From NCBI GenBank assembly GCA_963804505.1, contig CAWDQP010000010.1:458291-522290 (forward strand): a stretch of 64,000 nt of DNA. The letters run 5' to 3'. The stretch is from an uncultured Thermoplasmata archaeon (GTDB lineage Archaea; Thermoplasmatota; Thermoplasmata; Lutacidiplasmatales; UBA184). Shown here piece after piece: positions 1-10,209 of the stretch. A model generated the notes under the pieces. It ran no database searches. It saw nothing but the letters and a program-made list of their open reading frames with translations, and was not told the origin of the DNA. The position numbers and the translations under genes were made by a program. How positions within the stretch are numbered: position 1 is the stretch's first letter; the number at the start of each line of letters is the position of its first letter.

Positions 1-1621
1 GACCTCTTCGCGGAGCATCCCGGTCGCCGCGGTCCCGGAGGTCGATCGAGCGATTCGCTCGAGCTCCTTTTGGAGCTCGGGGACCCGTCCGTAGCGCAAC
101 CGGGCGGCGGCCTCGAGGTCGCCGGACCGTTCGGCCCGCTCCTCTTCGGCCCGGGCCTTGTCGAGATCGCCCCGCAGCGCGCGCAGCCGCTCGACCTGCT
201 CCTTCTCCCGGGTCCATTGCGCCTGAAGGGCCGTTTCCCGCTCCTTGAGCCCCGCCAGCTCGCGTCCGAGCTGAACCAGACGTTCGCGGCTCGCCGGATC
301 CTTCTCCTTCGAGAGCGCGGTGCGCTCGATCTCGAGCTGGCGGATCCGGCGGCTGAGCTGGTCGAGCTCGGCCGGGCGGGAATCGAGGTCGAGCCGGACA
401 CCGGAGGCGGCCTCGTCCACGGCGTCGATCGCCTTGTCCGGCAGGTGCCGGTCCGGAATGTACCCGGGCCGTCAGGGTCGCGGCCGCGACGAGCGCCGAA
501 TCGAGGATGCGGACCCCGTGGTGGAGCTCGTAGCGCTCCTTGAGGCCCCGCAGGATCGAGACCGTGTCCTCCACCGACGGTTCGGCGATGGGCACGGGCT
601 GGAATCGCCGCTCGAGCGCGGCGTCCTTCTCGATGTACCGGCGGTACTCCTGGGTGGTCGTGGCCCCGATGCAGTGGAGCGTTCCGCGCGCAAGCGACGG
701 CTTCAGCAGGTTCGAGGCGTCCAGCGCACCGCCCTCCGTGGCACCGGCGTGGACGAGCGTGTGAAGCTCGTCGATGAACAGGATCACCCGGCCCTCGGAG
801 CCCTCGACCTCACGAAGGACCGCCTTCAGCCGCTCCTCGAACTCGCCGCGGAACTTCGCGCCCGCGAGGAGCGTGCCGAGGTCGAGCGCCACGATCCGCT
901 TCTCGCGGAGTGCCTCGGGCACGTCCTTGGCGGCGATGCGCAGCGCGAGCCCTTCGACCACCGCGGTCTTGCCGACCCCGGGGTCGCCGATCAGCACCGG
1001 ATTGTTCTTCGTCCGGCGCGAGAGGATCTGGATCACGCGGCGGATCTCTTCGTCCCGCCCGATCACCGGGTCGAGCTTGCGGTCCCGGGCGAGCACCGTC
1101 AGGTCCCGGCCGTACTTCTCGAGCGCCTGGTACTGGGCCTCCTCCGACCGGCTTCCGACGGGGCGGCCGGACCCGCGGACCTTTTCGAGGGCAGCTTCCA
1201 GGGCAGCGCGCCCGGCGCCGAACTTCTCGAGCAGGTCCTTGGTGGTGGAAGGAACGGAGAGCAAGCCCAGCAGCAGCTCGTCGACCGTGGTGTACCGGTC
1301 CTTGCGGCGTCCGGCTTCCGCCTCCGCGGCGTCGAGGACCTGGGTGAGCTCTCGCGAGAGGTACTGGTCCGAGGGCGCGACGTGGTCGACGGTCGGATGA
1401 CGGGACAGCGCCTCCTCGACCCCGGCCGAGAGTCGGTCCGCCGGGATCTCCACGGCGCGGAGGAGCGCCGTGGCCGGGCCGTCGGGTGCCGCCAGCAGCG
1501 CGGCCAGCAGATGATCCGGCTCGACCGCCGCATGCCGGAGCTCGGCGGCGCGACGGAAGGCGGCCTCGAGGGCCTCTCGGGCGGCATCGGTCAGCCGGTC
1601 GAGATGCATCGCGCGACGCAT
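1..1621 (-). CDS. clpB: ClpB-type AAA+ disaggregase, 5' part (N-domain, NBD1, start of coiled-coil M-domain). The gene continues past the window start.
   Basis: Reverse translation from ATG 1621 or 1609 gives (MRRA)MHLDRLT... It continues with [48 protein letters not shown] (Walker A), [12 protein letters not shown] (Walker B) and [11 protein letters not shown], then a heptad-rich M-domain. It is absent from the ORF track because it runs off the window. There is one frame break near 463 in a CCCGGG run. Confidence 0.85.
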   Translation of the reverse strand, partial: MRRAMHLDRLTDAAREALEAAFRRAAELRHAAVEPDHLLAALLAAPDGPATALLRAVEIPADRLSAGVEEALSRHPTVDHVAPSDQYLSRELTQVLDAAEAEAGRRKDRYTTVDELLLGLLSVPSTTKDLLEKFGAGRAALEAALEKVRGSGRPVGSRSEEAQYQALEKYGRDLTVLARDRKLDPVIGRDEEIRRVIQILSRRTKNNPVLIGDPGVGKTAVVEGLALRIAAKDVPEALREKRIVALDLGTLLAGAKFRGEFEERLKAVLREVEGSEGRVILFIDELHTLVHAGATEGGALDASNLLKPSLARGTLHCIGATTTQEYRRYIEKDAALERRFQPVPIAEPSVEDTVSILRGLKERYELHHGVRILDSALVAAATLTARVHSGPAPAGQGDRRRGRGRLRCPARPRFPPGRARPAQPPDPPARDRAHRALEGEGSGEPRTSGSARTRAGGAQGAGNGPSGAMDPGEGAGRAAARAAGRSRQGPGRRGAGRTVRRPRGRRPVALRTGPRAPKGARANRSIDLRDRGDRDAPRRG

Positions 1622-1663
1622 TCGGGCCAGCCGATTTAAGCCGACTCCCCGTGCGTACCGTTC

Positions 1664-2595
1664 GTGGCCGATCTCGCCGCCCGGTTCTCCGGCCTGACAC
1701 TTCGCAACCCGTTCATCCTGGCGTCCGGGATCTGGGGCGAGAGCGGCGACTCGCTCGCGGGAGCCTGGAACGCCGGGGCGGGCGCGGTCATCACGAAATC
1801 CATCGGGTCGAGGCCCCGGCCCGGGTATCCAACCCGACCATCGAAACCTACGAGCAGTGGGGGATGCTGAACGCGATGGGCCTCCCCAACCCGGGGATCG
1901 ACGAGTACCCTCGGGAGATCGAGGTCGCCCGCCGGTCGGGGCCGGTGATCATCGGCTCGGTCTTCGGCGGAAGCGCCGAGGAGTTCGCGGCGCTCGCGGG
2001 GCAACTCGCCGAGACGGGGGTCGTCGCGATCGAGCTCAACCTGAGCTGCCCCCACGCGGAGGGGTTCGGCACGGAGGTCGGAAGCGATCCGCGCGACGTC
2101 GAGGAGATCGTGCGCGCGGTCGTTCGACGGGTCCGCCTCCCGGTCATCGCGAAGCTCACGCCCAACACCGCCGACCCGGTGGCCCTCGCGGTCGCCGCCG
2201 AGCGGGGCGGAGCCGCCGCGGTGAGCGCGATCAACACGCTGCGGGGGCTCGCGATCAACGTTCAACTGCGCCGGCCCGTGCTCGCCCACGGCCTCGGGGG
2301 GCTCAGCGGGCCGGCGATCAAGCCGGTCGGCCTCGCGTGCGTCTGGCAGATCTTCGAGAAGGTCTCGATCCCGATCGTCGGGGTGGGCGGGATCGCTCGG
2401 GCCGAGGACGCGCTCGAGTACATGATGGCCGGCGCTCGCGCCGTCGAGGTGGGAACGGCGGTCGCTTTCGAGGGCGTCGGGGTCTTCGGACGGCTCGCGC
2501 GCGACCTCGGGGCGCTGCTCGACTCGCTCGAGATCGCGCGGCTCGAGGACGCTGTCGGCCTCGCGCATCGCGCCCCGTCCGGGCCGACGCACTAG
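1664..2595 (+). CDS. pyrD: Dihydroorotate dehydrogenase, catalytic subunit (class 1B type)
   Basis: ORF 1664..1870 ([25 protein letters not shown]...[11 protein letters not shown]) continues in the frame of ORF 1486..2595. That frame reads [22 protein letters not shown]...IELNLSCPH...[10 protein letters not shown]...IVGVGGI. One frame break near 1828. Confidence 0.9.
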
Positions 2596-2640
2596 CAGTC
2601 GGTCCGACGGGCTCTTATCGCGAGCGCCCTAGCGAGCCCC

Positions 2641-3416
2641 GTGCGGACCGTCGTCACCGTCTCCGAGCGGGTCCAGGAGACGCCCTCGACCGTCACGCTC
2701 CGATTCCCGTTCGACCCGTCCGCCGCGCCCGGCCAGTTCGTCATGGTCTGGGTTCCGGGGGACGACGAGCTGCCGATGTCGCTCTCCTACACCGCGGGAG
2801 CCGCGAAGGGGGTCACGATCAAGGCGATGGGCGACACGAGTCGCCGCATCCAGTCGATCCGGGCCGGGGACCCGATAGGGATCCGGGGACCGTACGGCAA
2901 GCCGTTCGACCTCGCGCCCCGGCGGATCCTCGTCGTCGGCGGAGGTTCGGGGGCGGCGGTGCTCGCGCCGGCCGCCGAGAAGGCCCGGGCGCTCGGTGCC
3001 TCCGTGACCGTGGCGCTCGGGGCCACGACGCGTCGGGAGCTCCTGTTCGCGGATCGGTTCCGGGCGATGGGGGCCACGGTGGCGGTGGCGACGGACGATG
3101 GGTCCGAGGGTGATCGCGGCTTCGTCACGGGCGTCGCGACACGCCTCGTGGGGGAATCTTCCTTCGACGCGGTGTGGACCTGCGGCCCGGAGATCATGAT
3201 GCGCAAGGTCATCGACGCGGCCGCACCCCGCGGGGTTCCGGTGACGTGCGCGGTCGAACGCCACATGAAGTGCGCCCTCGGGATGTGCGACGCGTGCGCC
3301 CTGGGGCCGTTCCACGTCTGCACGGACGGACCGGTTTTCCGGCGTCCGACCTCGCCGCCGTGCCCGATTTCGGGCGGTACCACCGCGACCCTTCGGGCCG
3401 TCGGGTCCCGTTCTAG
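2641..3416 (+). CDS. pyrK: Dihydroorotate dehydrogenase electron-transfer subunit
   Basis: The product shows FVMVWVPGDDELPMS, ILVVGGGSGAAVLAP and CALGMCDACALGPFHVCTDGPVF (2Fe-2S cysteine cluster). The C-terminus ASDLAAVPDFGRYHRDPSGRRVPF* lies in the frame of ORF 3174..3416, with a shift in a GGTTTT run near 3336. The rest of the 839-aa ORF 2641..5160 is out-of-frame read-through. Confidence 0.8.
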
Positions 3417-3517
3417 CGCCGCCGCGCCCCCGGAGGCCGGTCGCGCGCCGTTCGGTCCCCGCGACGCCCTCCTAGTCTTTATGCGCGGGCCGGCTACGCG
3501 GCCCGCGGGGCGCGCTC

Positions 3518-5155
3518 GTGAAGGTTCTGGTCGTCAGCGGCGGTGTGATCTCCGGGCTCGGGAAAGGGATCACGACCTCGTCGCTCGGACGGCTCCTGAA
3601 GGCGCGCGGCATCGCGGTGACGATCCTCAAGATCGATCCGTACCTCAACGTCGACGCGGGGACGATGAACCCGTACCAGCACGGCGAGGTGTTCGTCCTG
3701 GACGACGGCACCGAGGCGGACCTCGACCTCGGAAACTACGAGCGGTTCCTCAACCAGAGCCTGTCGGGGATCCACAACCTGACAACGGGCAAGATCTACC
3801 GGACCGTGATCGAGAAGGAGCGCCGAGGGGACTACCTCGGCAACACGGTCCAGATCATCCCGCACGTCACCGGCGAGATCAAGCGGATGATCCGCGAGGT
3901 GGCCGAGTCCGCGGGCGCCGAGGTGATCCTGGTCGAGGTCGGCGGGACGGTCGGCGACATCGAGTCGATGCCGTTCCTCGAGGCCCTCCGCGAGCTCTCC
4001 TACGAGCTCGGCGAGGGGAACATGGCGTTCGTGCACACGACCCTCGTGCCGGTCGTCGGACCGGTCGGGGAGGCGAAGACGAAGCCGACGCAGCACTCGG
4101 TCCGGGAGCTCCGGGCGATCGGCATCCGCCCGAACTTGATCGTCGCCCGCGGACCCGTTCCGCTCACGCCCGACATCAAGTCGAAGATCTCGCTCTTCTG
4201 CGACGTTCCGCCCGAGGCCGTGATCTCGGTCCCCGACCAGTCGCTCATCTACGAGGTCCCGCTCGTCCTCGAGGCCCAGGGCGTGGGGCCGCTCCTGACG
4301 CGCGTGCTGCGCCTCACGGACCGTCCCCCGGAGTACGCGGCCTGGAAGGAGTTCCTCGCGACGCACCGCGGCGCCCGGCGCCCGGTCGAGGTCGCGATCG
4401 TCGGCAAGTACACGGAGCTGAGGGACGCCTACCTCTCGCACTCCGAGGCGTTCCACCACGTCCAGGGCCACCTGGGCGTCGAGGTCCGCCTCCAGTGGTA
4501 CGACTCCGAGGACATCCCGAAGAACCCGGCGCTGCTCGCCCGGATCTCGCGCGTCGGACGCGATCCTGGTCCCGGGCGGGTTTCGGGGCGCGGGGCGTGG
4601 AAGGCAAGGTGCGGGCGATCGAGCTCGCGCGGATCCCGGAAGATCCCGTACCTCGGCGTCTGCTACGGCTTCCAGATGGCCGCCGTCGAGTTCGCCCGCA
4701 ACACGCTCGACATCCCCACGGCGACCACGACGGAGGTCGATCCGGCTGCGTCCGAGCCGGTCGTCTGCCTTCTCGAGGACCAGAAGGTCGTCGCCGACCT
4801 CGGGGGGACGATGCGGCTGGGGGCCCAGCGGGTGGTGCTCACCAAGGGGTCCAAGGTCGCCGAGATCTACGGCAAGACCGAGATCTGGGAGCGCCACCGG
4901 CACCGGTACGAGATCAACCCGAAGTACCTCGAGCGGTTCCGCGCCCACGGGCTCCACGTGACCGGCACCGCCGTCGACGGCCGGGTCGAGGTGCTCGAGC
5001 TCGCCGACCATCCGTTCTTCGTCGGGGTCCAGTACCACCCCGAGTTCCTGTCGCGCCCCGAGTCGCCGCATCCCCTCTACCTCGCCCTCGTGCGGGCGGC
5101 GGTCGCTCGGAAGGAGGTCGCAAGCCCTGTCGCCACCGCGCCGGCTGTCGCGTGA
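3518..5155 (+). CDS. pyrG: CTP synthase
   Basis: MKVLVVSGGVISGLGKGITTSSLG...DPYLNVDAGTMNPYQHGEVFV...KTKPTQHS...IPYLGVCYGFQ...RHRHRYEINP...VQYHPEF. Between about 4556 and 4640 the expected [25 protein letters not shown] is spread over the two other frames. This corresponds to three +1 shifts that restore the frame. Confidence 0.9.
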   Translation: MKVLVVSGGVISGLGKGITTSSLGRLLKARGIAVTILKIDPYLNVDAGTMNPYQHGEVFVLDDGTEADLDLGNYERFLNQSLSGIHNLTTGKIYRTVIEKERRGDYLGNTVQIIPHVTGEIKRMIREVAESAGAEVILVEVGGTVGDIESMPFLEALRELSYELGEGNMAFVHTTLVPVVGPVGEAKTKPTQHSVRELRAIGIRPNLIVARGPVPLTPDIKSKISLFCDVPPEAVISVPDQSLIYEVPLVLEAQGVGPLLTRVLRLTDRPPEYAAWKEFLATHRGARRPVEVAIVGKYTELRDAYLSHSEAFHHVQGHLGVEVRLQWYDSEDIPKNPALLARISRVGRDPGPGRVSGRGAWKARCGRSSSRGSRKIPYLGVCYGFQMAAVEFARNTLDIPTATTTEVDPAASEPVVCLLEDQKVVADLGGTMRLGAQRVVLTKGSKVAEIYGKTEIWERHRHRYEINPKYLERFRAHGLHVTGTAVDGRVEVLELADHPFFVGVQYHPEFLSRPESPHPLYLALVRAAVARKEVASPVATAPAVA

Positions 5156-6437
5156 ACTGAGCGACCTGGACGGCCAGGTCGTCCGGATCGCCGGGCACCT
5201 CGAGGAGTACCGGGCCCTCGGCGGCGTCGCGTTCGCGCTCGTGCGGGACGTTTCCGGCTCGACCCAGGTCACGCTGAAGAAGGGGACCGCCGACCCGGCG
5301 CTGTTCGCCCTGTTTGCCGACCTGCCGCGCGAGTCGATCGTCGAGGTCGAAGGCACCGTCCGCCGCTCCGAGCGGGCGAACCGCGGCCTCGAGCTCTCCC
5401 CGACGCGGGTCGAGATCGTCTCCCGGGCCGAGGTACCGCTCCCGCTCGGGGTCGTCGACAAGGTCGGCGCGGACCTGGACACCCGGCTCAACCACCGGGT
5501 CCTCGACCTGCGCAAGCCGGCGGTGCGCGCGGTCTTCGAGCTGCGCACGGCGTTGCTGGCGGGATTCCGCACCGCGTTCGTCCAACGCGGGTTCTTCGAG
5601 ATCGAGACCCCGAAGCTCCTCCGCCAGGGGGCCGAGGGCGGGGCGACCCTCTTCGGCGTCGATTACTTCGACCGCCGCGCGTACCTCGCGCAGAGCCCGC
5701 AGCTGTACAAGCAGATGCTCATCGGCGCCGGGTTCGAGCGCGTGTTCGAGATCGCCCCGGCGTTCCGCGCCGAACCGTCGGACACGGTGCGGCACATCAC
5801 GGAGTTCACGAGCCTGGACGCCGAGATCGGCTACGTCGAGAGCGTCGAGGATGTCCGCGGCCACCTCGAGGCGATCGTGGCCGAGACGGTCGCCTCTGCG
5901 CGGTCCGCGCTTTCGGCGCGCGGCAACCCGTTCGCCGAGTCGCTGCCCGAGATCTCCCTGCCGCTACCCCGGATCCCGTTCAAGACCGCGGAGGAATGGC
6001 TCGGCCGTCCCGGCGCGGAGAAGGACCTGGGGGCGGAGGACGAGCGCGCGATCGGCGAGCGGATCGCGAAGGAGCTGAAGACCCCGTTCTACTTCGTGGT
6101 CGACTTCCCCACGGCGGTGAAGGCCCAGACGTTCTACGCCCAGCGCCAGGACGGGGACCCGCGGTCGACCTGGTACTTCGACCTCGACTGCCGGGGCCTC
6201 GAGATCGCGAGCGGCGGACCTCGGGAGCACCGCCTCGACCGGCTCACGGCGAACCTCGCGAGCGCCGGGCTGGACGCCGCCAACTTCGACGGGTACCTCG
6301 AGGCGTTCCGGTTCGGGATGCCGCCCCACGGGGGCTGGGGCCTCGGGGTCGACCGCCTCGTGCAGGCGCTGGCAGGGCTCGCCAATATACGGGAGACCCG
6401 CTTGTTCCCCCGAGACCGCTACCGCCTGGACCCGTGA
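5152..6437 (+). CDS. aspS: Aspartyl-tRNA synthetase, archaeal/eukaryal type
   Basis: ORF 5241..6437 carries class II motifs (FFEIETPKL, FRAEPSDTVRHITEFTSLD, GGWGLGVDRLV). The OB-fold N-terminus LSDLDGQVVRIAGHLEEYRALGGVAFALVRD is in frame upstream of 5241. The probable start is GTG 5152, overlapping the pyrG stop (GTGA), which requires a 1-nt indel near 5156. The start is uncertain. Confidence 0.85.
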
Positions 6438-6452
6438 AGGAGTTCGCGTCAC

Positions 6453-8568
6453 ATGGTCGCCGCCAAGAGGACCCTTCCCGCGCCCCCGGAGCTCCAGAGC
6501 CGGTGGGCGGCGATCCTCGAGGAGGCCGACCTTCGGCCCCGGATCCTCCAGATCTTCGACAGGTTCCCCGAGGAGCGGTCGCTCGAGGTGCCGTTCGCGG
6601 CGCTGGACGCGCCCGACACGGGGCTCGCGGACCTCCTTCTCGAACGGCCCGAGGAAGTCCTCGGCGCCGGAACGCGCGCGATGCGCGAGCTCCTCCCGGT
6701 CGCGGGCACCGGCGGCGGACGGCCTTCGCCTGCGCGTCGTCGGCCTCCCCGCGACCGCCCACCGCGCCATCCGCGCGATCCGGGAGACCGACCTCAACCA
6801 CCTGGTCGCGATCGAAGGGATCGTCCGGCGCGTCACCGAGGTCCGTCCCCAGATCCGGGACGCGGTGTTCGAGTGCGTCGCCTGCCGCGTGAAGTTCCAC
6901 GAGCCCCAGGACGAGGGGTCGCTCGTCTTCCGGGAGCCGCTCGAATGCCCCGAGTCCCAGGGAGGATGCGGTAAGACGCAGGGCCGGACCCGTTTCCGCC
7001 TCGATCTCCGAGGAGTCGACGTACGTGGACGCCCAGCGGATCGAAGTGCAGGAGCATCCCGAGTCGCTCCGGCACGGCGCCCACCCGCAGGGGCTGGCGG
7101 TCCTCCTGACCGAGGACCTCACGGGAAAGGTGCTCCCGGGGAACCGGGTCATCCTGAACGGGGTGCTGAAGAGCTTCCAGCGGGCCAGCGCGTCGCGCGG
7201 CGGGGTCGTGCGCAACACCACCTTCGACGTGATGGCGATCGGGAACTCGGTCGAGCCGCAGGACGTGGAGTACAGCGACATCGAGATCACCCCGGAGGAG
7301 ATCGCAGCTCTTCGAGCAGTTCCGCAACGACCCGACGGTCGTCGACAAGATCGTGCTCTCGCTCGCCCCGACCATCAAGGGGATGGAGGAGGAGAAGGAG
7401 GCGATCGCCCTCCAGCTGTTCGGCGGCGTACCGAAGCGCCACGCGGACGGGATCCGGGTCCGGGGCGACATCCACTGCCTCATCGTCGGCGATCCGGGAA
7501 CGGCCAAGAGCCAGCTGCTCCGTTACATCTCCGAGGTCGCCCCCCGGGCGATCTACACGAGCGGGAAGGGTGCGACCGCCGCCGGGCTGACGGCCGCCGC
7601 GGTGAAGGACGATTTCGCCGGCGGACGCTGGGTCCTGGAGGCGGGGATGCTCGTGCTCGCGGACGGCGGGATGGCGATCATCGACGAGCTCGACAAGATG
7701 ACTCCGGAGGACCGGTCGGCAATGCACGAGGCACTCGAGCAGCAGTCTGTGTCTATAGCAAAAGCGGGGATCACGTCCACCCTTAACGCTCGGTGTCCGG
7801 TCCTGGCCGCCGCGAACCCGAAGCTCGGTCGGTTCACCAACGACCGGCCCATCGCGGAGCAGATCGACCTGCCCGTCACGCTTCTCTCGCGGTTCGACGT
7901 GATCTTCGCGGTCCGGGACCAACCGGACCAGGCCCGAGACCGCCGCCTCGCGAACCGCATCCTGGCCTCCCACCGCGACGTCGAGAGCGTCGAGGGTCGC
8001 AAAGGGGAGAGCGACAGCGCCCCATTCTCCCCCGACCTTCTCAAGAAGTACATCGCCTACGCGCGCCGGACGATCCGCCCGATCCTGTCGGAGGAGTCGC
8101 TCACCGTCCTCGAGGACTTCTACGTCCGTGTCCGCAAGCAGGGCGAGGACCCGAACTCGCCGGTCCCGATCACCGCGCGCCAGCTGGAGGCGCTCGTCCG
8201 GCTGAGCGAGGCGGCCGCGCGCGCCCGCCTGTCCTCGGTCGTCGGGCCGGAGGACGCCCGCCGGGCGGTCGCGATCATGGAGAACTACCTGCGCCGCGTC
8301 TCCATGACCCTCGAGGGGAAGCTCGACATCGACCTCACGCAGACCGGCGTGAGCCACAGCGCCGCGGGAGCGGTTCGAGGTCGCGATGAGGGTGATGCGC
8401 GACCTCCAGGGAGAGCCGGGCGGCCACTTCACGGTCGAGCAGTACCTGGAGGCCGCCGAGAAGGCCGGTGTCGCCGCGTCCCGGGCGGACGGGATCCTCC
8501 AGTCCCTGCGCAACCAGGGCGAGGTCATCGAGTCCCGGCCGAACCAGCTTCAGCTGGTTCGGTTCTAG
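6453..8568 (+). CDS. mcm: MCM replicative helicase
   Basis: Assembled from ORFs 6453.., 6865.., 7025.., 7353.. and 8386..8568. It has a zinc motif CVACRVKF...CPESQGGCGK and Walker A IHCLIVGDPGTAKSQLL. It also has Walker B/arginine-finger regions GMAIIDELDKM and SRFDVIF, and a winged-helix tail ending NQLQLVRF*. Frame breaks lie near 6710, 7003, 7304 and 8364. Confidence 0.9.
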
Positions 8569-8654
8569 GCGCGTTCCCGGGCCCGCCGGGCTTTAACGCG
8601 GTGCGGGTCCTCGGTACGCACGGGATCGCCGTGGGAGCCACCGAGGGGTTCGTG

Positions 8655-8952
8655 ATGCGGGTCCACCGCGTCCGCGCCGAGTTCGTCGTCGCGGCGTGCG
8701 ACGCCGAGCTCGTGGGCCGGGAGCTCCCGGTCGGCGAGAACGGACGGACGGTGACGGTGTCGGGGCAGTTCTACGGGGAACGGCGGGTCTCGCGCGAGGA
8801 GCTCGTCTGGGCCCTCCAGCGCGCGACGGTCGCGAACCTTCTCGGAGAGCGGGTGCTCCGCCTCGCCCAGGAGGAGGGGCTGGTCGCGCCCGAACGGCGC
8901 CGGGACCCTCGGCGGCGTTCCCCACGCGGAGATCTTCGCGATGCTGGGCTAG
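8655..8952 (+). CDS. DUF424-family small archaeal protein
   Basis: MRVHRVRAEFVVAACDAELVGRELPVGENGRTVTVSGQFYGERRVSREELVWALQRATVANLLGERVL... The tail GGVPHAEIFAMLG* is in another frame, with a shift near 8895. The pattern matches my recollection of DUF424 (AacD.eL.G...fYgG...GVPHAqif). Confidence 0.6.
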
Positions 8953-8974
8953 CGCCCGACTGAGCCGTATCCCC

Positions 8975-9818
8975 ATGTCCGATCAGGAGTTCTGCGTGGT
9001 CTGCGGCCGGACCGGCGAGCCGCTCACGGACGGCGTCTGCGCGGAGTGCGCGAGCCGCCGCACCGCCCTCGTCTCGGTCCCCGAAGCACGCGGAGGTCGT
9101 CCTCTGCCCGACCTGCGGGGCGCGCTACGAGCGCCGGCACTGGGAGCGGGAGGGCGAGCCCGCGATCATCACCGCGACCGACCTGGCCCCGTTCCTCCGG
9201 GTCAACCCCGAGGTCGGGGTCCGCGAGGTGCGGTGGGAGGAGCGGGGCGCGACCGCCACCGTCCGTTCCCTCGTGGGCGACGCCCGGGTCTCGTTCCGGG
9301 GGGTGGAGCGACACATCGAGCTCGCGATGGACGTCCGGCTCGTCTCCCGCAGCTGCCCCGAGTGCAGCCGCAAGAGCGGCCGATACTACACGGCGGTCGT
9401 CCAGCTCCGCGGCCCCTCCGAACGGCTCCTCGAACGGCCGCGCGAGATCCGCGGGCGCCTCGACCGACGCTGGAACGAGCTCTTGCGCGACGCCCGGCCC
9501 GACTGGCAACGCGCGATGTCGTGGAAGGAGGAGCGGCCCGAGGGGTGGGACATCTACTTCACGGAGACCCTGGCCGCACGCTCGATCGCGCGCCTCGCGA
9601 AGCAGCGGTTCGGCATCCGACCGATCGAGTCGGCGACGCTCGCCGGGCGCAAGGACGGCCGGGACGTCTACCGCGTCACGTTCTGCCTACGCTTCCCGCG
9701 CCAACCCTCGGACGACGTTGCCTCCGCCGGACCGGCTCCGCCGCCGAGCCGCTGGAACCATAGCCTTAAGAAGCGAACCCTGCGTCCGACCGTCCGAGAA
9801 CGGGGCACGCCTCCATGA
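8975..9818 (+). CDS. NMD3-like ribosome biogenesis/export factor homologue
   Basis: MSDQEFCVVCGRTGEPLTDGVCAECA...VVLCPTCGARYERRHWE...SCPECSRKSGRYYTAVVQLRG, which is the four CxxC pairs typical of NMD3. One frame break in a CCCC run near 9072. The stop overlaps the sepF ATG (ATGA at 9815). Confidence 0.6.
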
Positions 9819-10195
9819 TGAAAAAGAGCGGTATTCTCCGGCGACATCACGGGTCCGAGACGTTGGAAGAGGGGTCGTTCCTCGACCTCGGTGCGATGAG
9901 CTTCGACGACGAGGTCGGCGCGCTCGCTGGCGCGCGGGGCGCGGTGCGCCTCGCCGAGATCATGAAGTTCGAGGATTTGCATTCCATCTCGAAGTACGCC
10001 TACCAGGGGGACATCGTCCTCCTCGACTACACCTCGATTGCGAACGACCAGATCGCGATGAAGCGCCTGAGCGTCGACCTCAAGAACGTCGCCAAGGACA
10101 CGGGCGGGGACGTCGCGGGCATCGCGAAGAACCTCCTTTGCATCGCGCCGGCCGGTATCCGTATCGACCGGCAGAAGATTAGACCCTCCTTGTAG
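9815..10195 (+). CDS. sepF: SepF-like cell division protein
   Basis: A 126-aa intact ORF. It reads VRLAEIMKFEDLHSISKYAYQGDIVLLDYTSIANDQIAMKRLSVDLKNVAKDTGGDVAGIAKNLLCIAPAGIRI, which matches the SepF/DUF552 core pattern. Confidence 0.65.
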   Translation: MMKKSGILRRHHGSETLEEGSFLDLGAMSFDDEVGALAGARGAVRLAEIMKFEDLHSISKYAYQGDIVLLDYTSIANDQIAMKRLSVDLKNVAKDTGGDVAGIAKNLLCIAPAGIRIDRQKIRPSL

Positions 10196-10209
10196 TCCCG
10201 GCTTGGGCC

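Noticed and set aside
3484-3507. A 9-bp GC hairpin (CGCGGGCCG/CGGCCCGCG) upstream of pyrG, considered as a possible CTP-sensing attenuator.
   Set aside because: It lies between the TATA-like box (about 3476) and the predicted transcription start, so it is probably not transcribed. GC palindromes of this size are common in this sequence.
4550-4645. Programmed ribosomal frameshifting or transcriptional slippage as the explanation for the frame breaks.
   Set aside because: There are far too many sites, spread over unrelated genes. They share no slippery heptamer or downstream structure, and they occur in both directions. Homopolymer consensus error is simpler, but it was not verified (see the first finding).
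2641-5160. An 839-aa ORF that looks like a PyrK fusion protein.
   Set aside because: Only the first 230 or so codons are PyrK. The rest is out-of-frame read-through across pyrG after the indel near 3336.
3494-5572. A 692-aa ORF on the minus strand, antisense to pyrG and aspS.
   Set aside because: It is Arg/Pro/Gly/Asp-rich with no recognisable motif. It lies exactly opposite two highly conserved genes. Long antisense ORFs are expected in stop-poor, GC-rich DNA.
6453-8568. Inteins in mcm, and also in cdc48 and rpoB.
   Set aside because: After frame repair the proteins have ordinary lengths and continuous conserved blocks. There are no Cys/Ser...HN-Cys/Ser/Thr splice-junction blocks or homing-endonuclease motifs.
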